Below the pieces are notes generated by a model. That model worked only from the letters and a program-made list of their open reading frames with translations, made no database searches and had not been told where the DNA came from. Below, piece by piece: positions 60,001 to 64,000 of a DNA stretch of 64,000 nucleotides. The DNA is from Fimbriosthenelais zetlandica. Lineage: Eukaryota. The stretch's first letter is position 1, and every line of letters starts with the position of its first letter. Location of the stretch: assembly GCA_977030845.1 (NCBI GenBank), contig OZ365113.1:14508001-14572000 (forward strand). Direction: 5' to 3'. A program made the position numbers and the translations under genes.

Positions 60001-63000
60001 GATCTGTTTGATCCTTTGAAGATATCATGATCAAACATATCAATGTTGCTTAGCATCATTTGATCTCGATATACATAGAGATAATTTGTGATATCGTAAT
60101 TGGTCTGTTTATAAAATAATATTATTTTGAGAGTCATATAACATAAAAAGCATGTTCTTAATGAAGGAGCAAATATAGACTTCCATGTTTTACAAGACAA
60201 AAACAGTGCCTTGAATGAGACCTCGGTGTGGGCTCTATATATGTGCCTTTAACTCTGTTTACACAAAATACGCCCATCTGCATTTTAGCCTGTCACAAAC
60301 GAAGGGGGTCCACATGTATCTTTGATCCTTACCTCCTGATCCATGGTGCCCCCAACTAACACCCCGCCCCCGAGCCTTCAGCCGACCAAGACCCCGGAGT
60401 CCCTAGCACCCCTTGAAACCTGAACTCCGCTCCGCGACTGCCACACTCCCTCTCATACATCACCCCTTGGTACGAGATGAAGTTATGTAAACATTTAGAG
60501 AATGTCATTTTCCCGCATCACCACCATCATAAATATTAGGATCGTGTCAGAAGGCCAGTCAGAAAGGGTTGGAGTGTGGAAGGGACTCTTTTGTGTCGAG
60601 AATAGATCAAATGTTGTATGTATACACAATGTTTTACCGATTAAGCCTTTAACTGTTGTTGGAATATATTATCTCAAAAATTGGGAAAAGGAACTGTTTT
60701 GTTTAGAAACTAGCAACGAGTCTAGAATTCTATACGCTACTCGTTGAAACAGTAGCTTGCCCATGAAGTCAATGTGACCCAGCAGACACATAACGTGAGA
60801 TATTGATGGACATTTTTGGGAAGGATGTGACGTGGATATCATGTGGTTTGTAGGTGCAAGTGGGCCATGTGGCTCAGATTTTCTTGTTCTCCAATGGGAA
60901 AAATTCATGTGAATTTAGTTTGTATATAATACCACCAAAATCTTAGGTGATTTCCACGTGATCAAACCACGGGGAATCCATGCCATTTTCACGTGGTGTG
61001 CCCGCCGGGGAGTCTGCAATATCCAATTTTCCTTATCAGTATCCCTGCTCATATGGTCATGGATAAGGGCTCTGCTTCTTTAACAGTATCAGAACTGGAC
61101 TTCCTCCTCCTTTGAAGCTATCAATGGGGGATGCTTGTTTTTTTTCCTGCCAGGAAAATAACAATGATCAAAGAATATTATTTCATGCTATAGACCTACT
61201 AAAACATAAAGGTGGCCACTAAAATAGTTTCTCTGTTGTCTACTCGTGTATAGTGTGGCAATCATTGTAGTTTGCTTACTGAAGTGGTTGTACTATATAG
61301 GGGTAGCAGGCACAACCTAATTGTGAGAGATTGTATTTCCCAGACGTCCATATACAACGTAACTCACCTCGCCTGAGGGGGGCTTGTAACTGGTAAAAGC
61401 GTCAGTATTTCTCAGATCTCTGTTTGATTAGGAGAGAAGACCCACCCGCCATGTGTAAAATTCATGAGATAGTGTCATACACCTGTTGAGGCACTCAAGC
61501 ATGAATCGAGCCTGACTGAAAAATGAGACGCTGAAGGTCAAGGAGAGAGTCCATCACTCGGTCATCGGCTCCGACCCCCAAAATGAAATTGATAGCCTCT
61601 GTCGTGCAGAATTCTGCACTCCCTTTGCATGGGCCACTTATTCTGGATGCCAGAAACATGAATCAGACAGGTGATGAAAAAATTACCGGACGGGACGGGA
61701 AGAGAATGAGACCAATGTGATTGATTTTGCCTACAGGACATTTTGCCCCACTTTCCCAGTCCTATAGACACCTTGGAAATAGGGATAGGATGCCTGTGTA
61801 AACTTGTTGTACGTGGAGAATATATTGATATTATATTAAAGATGGTGTGCAAAGTGACAAGTGTGTAAGCCATCATTAAATATTTCATCCGATGTCAATG
61901 GGCAGTTACAACAAATTTTAATACTTCATAGTTTGATGTACTATCATGAAGTGCATGTGCATAATATGTTCTAACCCCCAATTTTCCATTGTAGAATGGA
62001 AAAGCCAAAGCAGACGGCAATAGCACAAAGCTCTGTCATGCCTGGTTTCTTGCTCGATTGCATGCTGGGCTTTGATTAATGCTCTTGTTGAGGTTCGTAG
62101 CTTCCGACTCACAGGAGTGGAAACCGTCTTGTACAATGTGACATGATAAACATGGCCTGCCATAATATGCCATCATTTCATACACTTGTGGATATAGCGA
62201 CGCTGAGATGTCTTTCTATAACCTTCACCATATCAGTCGGCGGCTATGTAATCAAGCTGGTTGCGACACCTCGAAATGACAGCGTAACTAATTGCCTTCC
62301 CTCTTCTAATTTTGGATAATTAGTAGGTATGGAAGGTGGCTAAAAGGGCTCTTATATTGGTAGAAAAATCTACGGGGTTATACCTACAGGGTAATATTTA
62401 TTTTAATGTCTGGAACCATCGAGACCTCGGGATGAAAATGCATGAGCATAAAGGAGCAGAACCCATAAAGAGTGCATCCAAATTTAACTTTATAAATTAG
62501 CTCGTGCATCCACAGTATTTATATAATGCTGCTGCATGTACATGTATCATATTGTATTGTATTCTGTATGCATACATGAGGGGTTCAGATGTGCACGAGA
62601 TGCTATTCATATCTCTTGATAATAGCATTTCCCCATGTTATCTAAAAGTCCTTACTGAAGAAAGATGCACACTAATCATTTGTAAGGGAAAATAATAGAA
62701 AGAACCCGAGACAATAAAGGCCCAGGTTCATTATTATAATTCTGTTATTGCTGCGTGACCTGCATCTATATATGATAATGTGGGACTGGGAGAAGGTAAA
62801 TTTCAGAATTCTTAAAGCAAGGAGGGACCGGCGAAGTACAAAGAGTTAATTGTCAACTCCGGTTACCCTCCCCTCAACGTTAATGCCCTTTTAATGGACA
62901 GGTGAGCTAAATAGGGCCCTTGCTTTGAAAGGTACCTTTATGTCTTTGATCTTATCTATATAATATGCTCTCCGCCCTTTGTGGTCATTGTTTTGCTATA

Positions 63001-64000
63001 GCAAAAACTGAAACTCTCACAAAGCATGGTCCACATTAGATGGACTGCATATATCTGCTAGAGTTAGGCCTGTCATGATGCTTTAAAGATTTCTATACCT
63101 GCAGTTACCTGTTTGCATCCTCCTTAGGCGATGGGGGGGGGGGGTATATCTGACAGTTCCTAAACTGGTGGAATGCAGCCTGAACTATTCATGAGAGGAT
63201 GCCTAGTTGACGAGTAACAATATTTGAGGAGGAAGGTGTACTTGTTTAAGGTAACCATACCAGACCTTTTCAAATTGCTGTTTGCGTAGCAATAAATAAT
63301 CTGCATTTATAAATGAATTATTGATCTATTAAAACATGTTTAATATTGAATATATATCTTGGCATATATTATATTGAATCAAAGCAAAAATTCCACCTAT
63401 CTCACTATCCATTACCCTATACAAACATACAAAAATGTATATACGTATATCTGAGTGAGAATTAGGAGCCAGCTCCTGGTTGAACCTTCAAGCCCGGCTT
63501 GTATAATTTAAGTTATCAGGAGGTCTCATCAGCACACGGCATACCTCGCATATTTAGTATAAAGTATCTGAGCTTTTGTTCCGCTTCTTTGCATACTTTA
63601 AAGCAAGAGGTGATATCATCGGGTCAGGGGTTTTTTATTGGCCTGGAAATGGCTTTCTAGATCTCAAGTCTTATCAGCAAGGATCAGTGGACAAAAGAAG
63701 AGCCTCGACTTGCCTGGATCCCCATGACGGGAAAGTCTTCACCAGCCAAGGATCTAGGGGGCATTATGTACATGGCAATGGATGTCCATTTTGACAATGT
63801 GTCTCCCAAATAATAGAATTGGCCACCATCCCTGACATGGCATTCCATTTAACTATGTAAGAGGATCCCTGACACTGATCAGTCGATCCGATCTGAAACA
63901 CTGCTCTCCCCAACTTGTAAAAAAATGTATTTTGGACAAGTTCTCAATGAAATTCAATATCAAGTTTTACTATAAGACATATATAAGAGAAACTAAGACA

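Noticed and set aside
1-64000. CRISPR arrays, rRNA, operons, bacterial contamination
   Set aside because: No repeat-spacer arrays or rRNA motifs; genes carry spliceosomal introns, including the bacterial-like dehydrogenase.

Overview
AT-rich, intron-containing animal genomic DNA. It is probably from a marine invertebrate, but the taxon cannot be fixed from this window. The first ~51 kb are gene-dense. In order: SLC37A3 (-, multi-exon) head-to-head with an intronless membrane-anchored F-box/LRR gene (+); a 10-exon bacterial-type Leu/Phe/Val dehydrogenase with a mitochondrial-like presequence (-); CDK20/CCRK (+), whose 8.8-kb intron holds an intronless antisense GT61 gene resembling plant beta-1,2-xylosyltransferase and a TA-flanked MITE; SLC35A2 (-); tRNA-Arg(TCT); a tandemly duplicated CRELD locus (-); and an intronless, very divergent TRPV-like channel (+) with an N-terminal coiled coil and a TIR-like segment. 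The two CRELD modules are splice-compatible into one double-length protein. The locus has alternative TM versus KDEL terminal exons and a perfect ERSE upstream. The last ~13 kb contain no gene I can identify, only possible decayed coding sequence. All gene models were assembled by hand from GT-AG sites and motif recognition; no database search was run.
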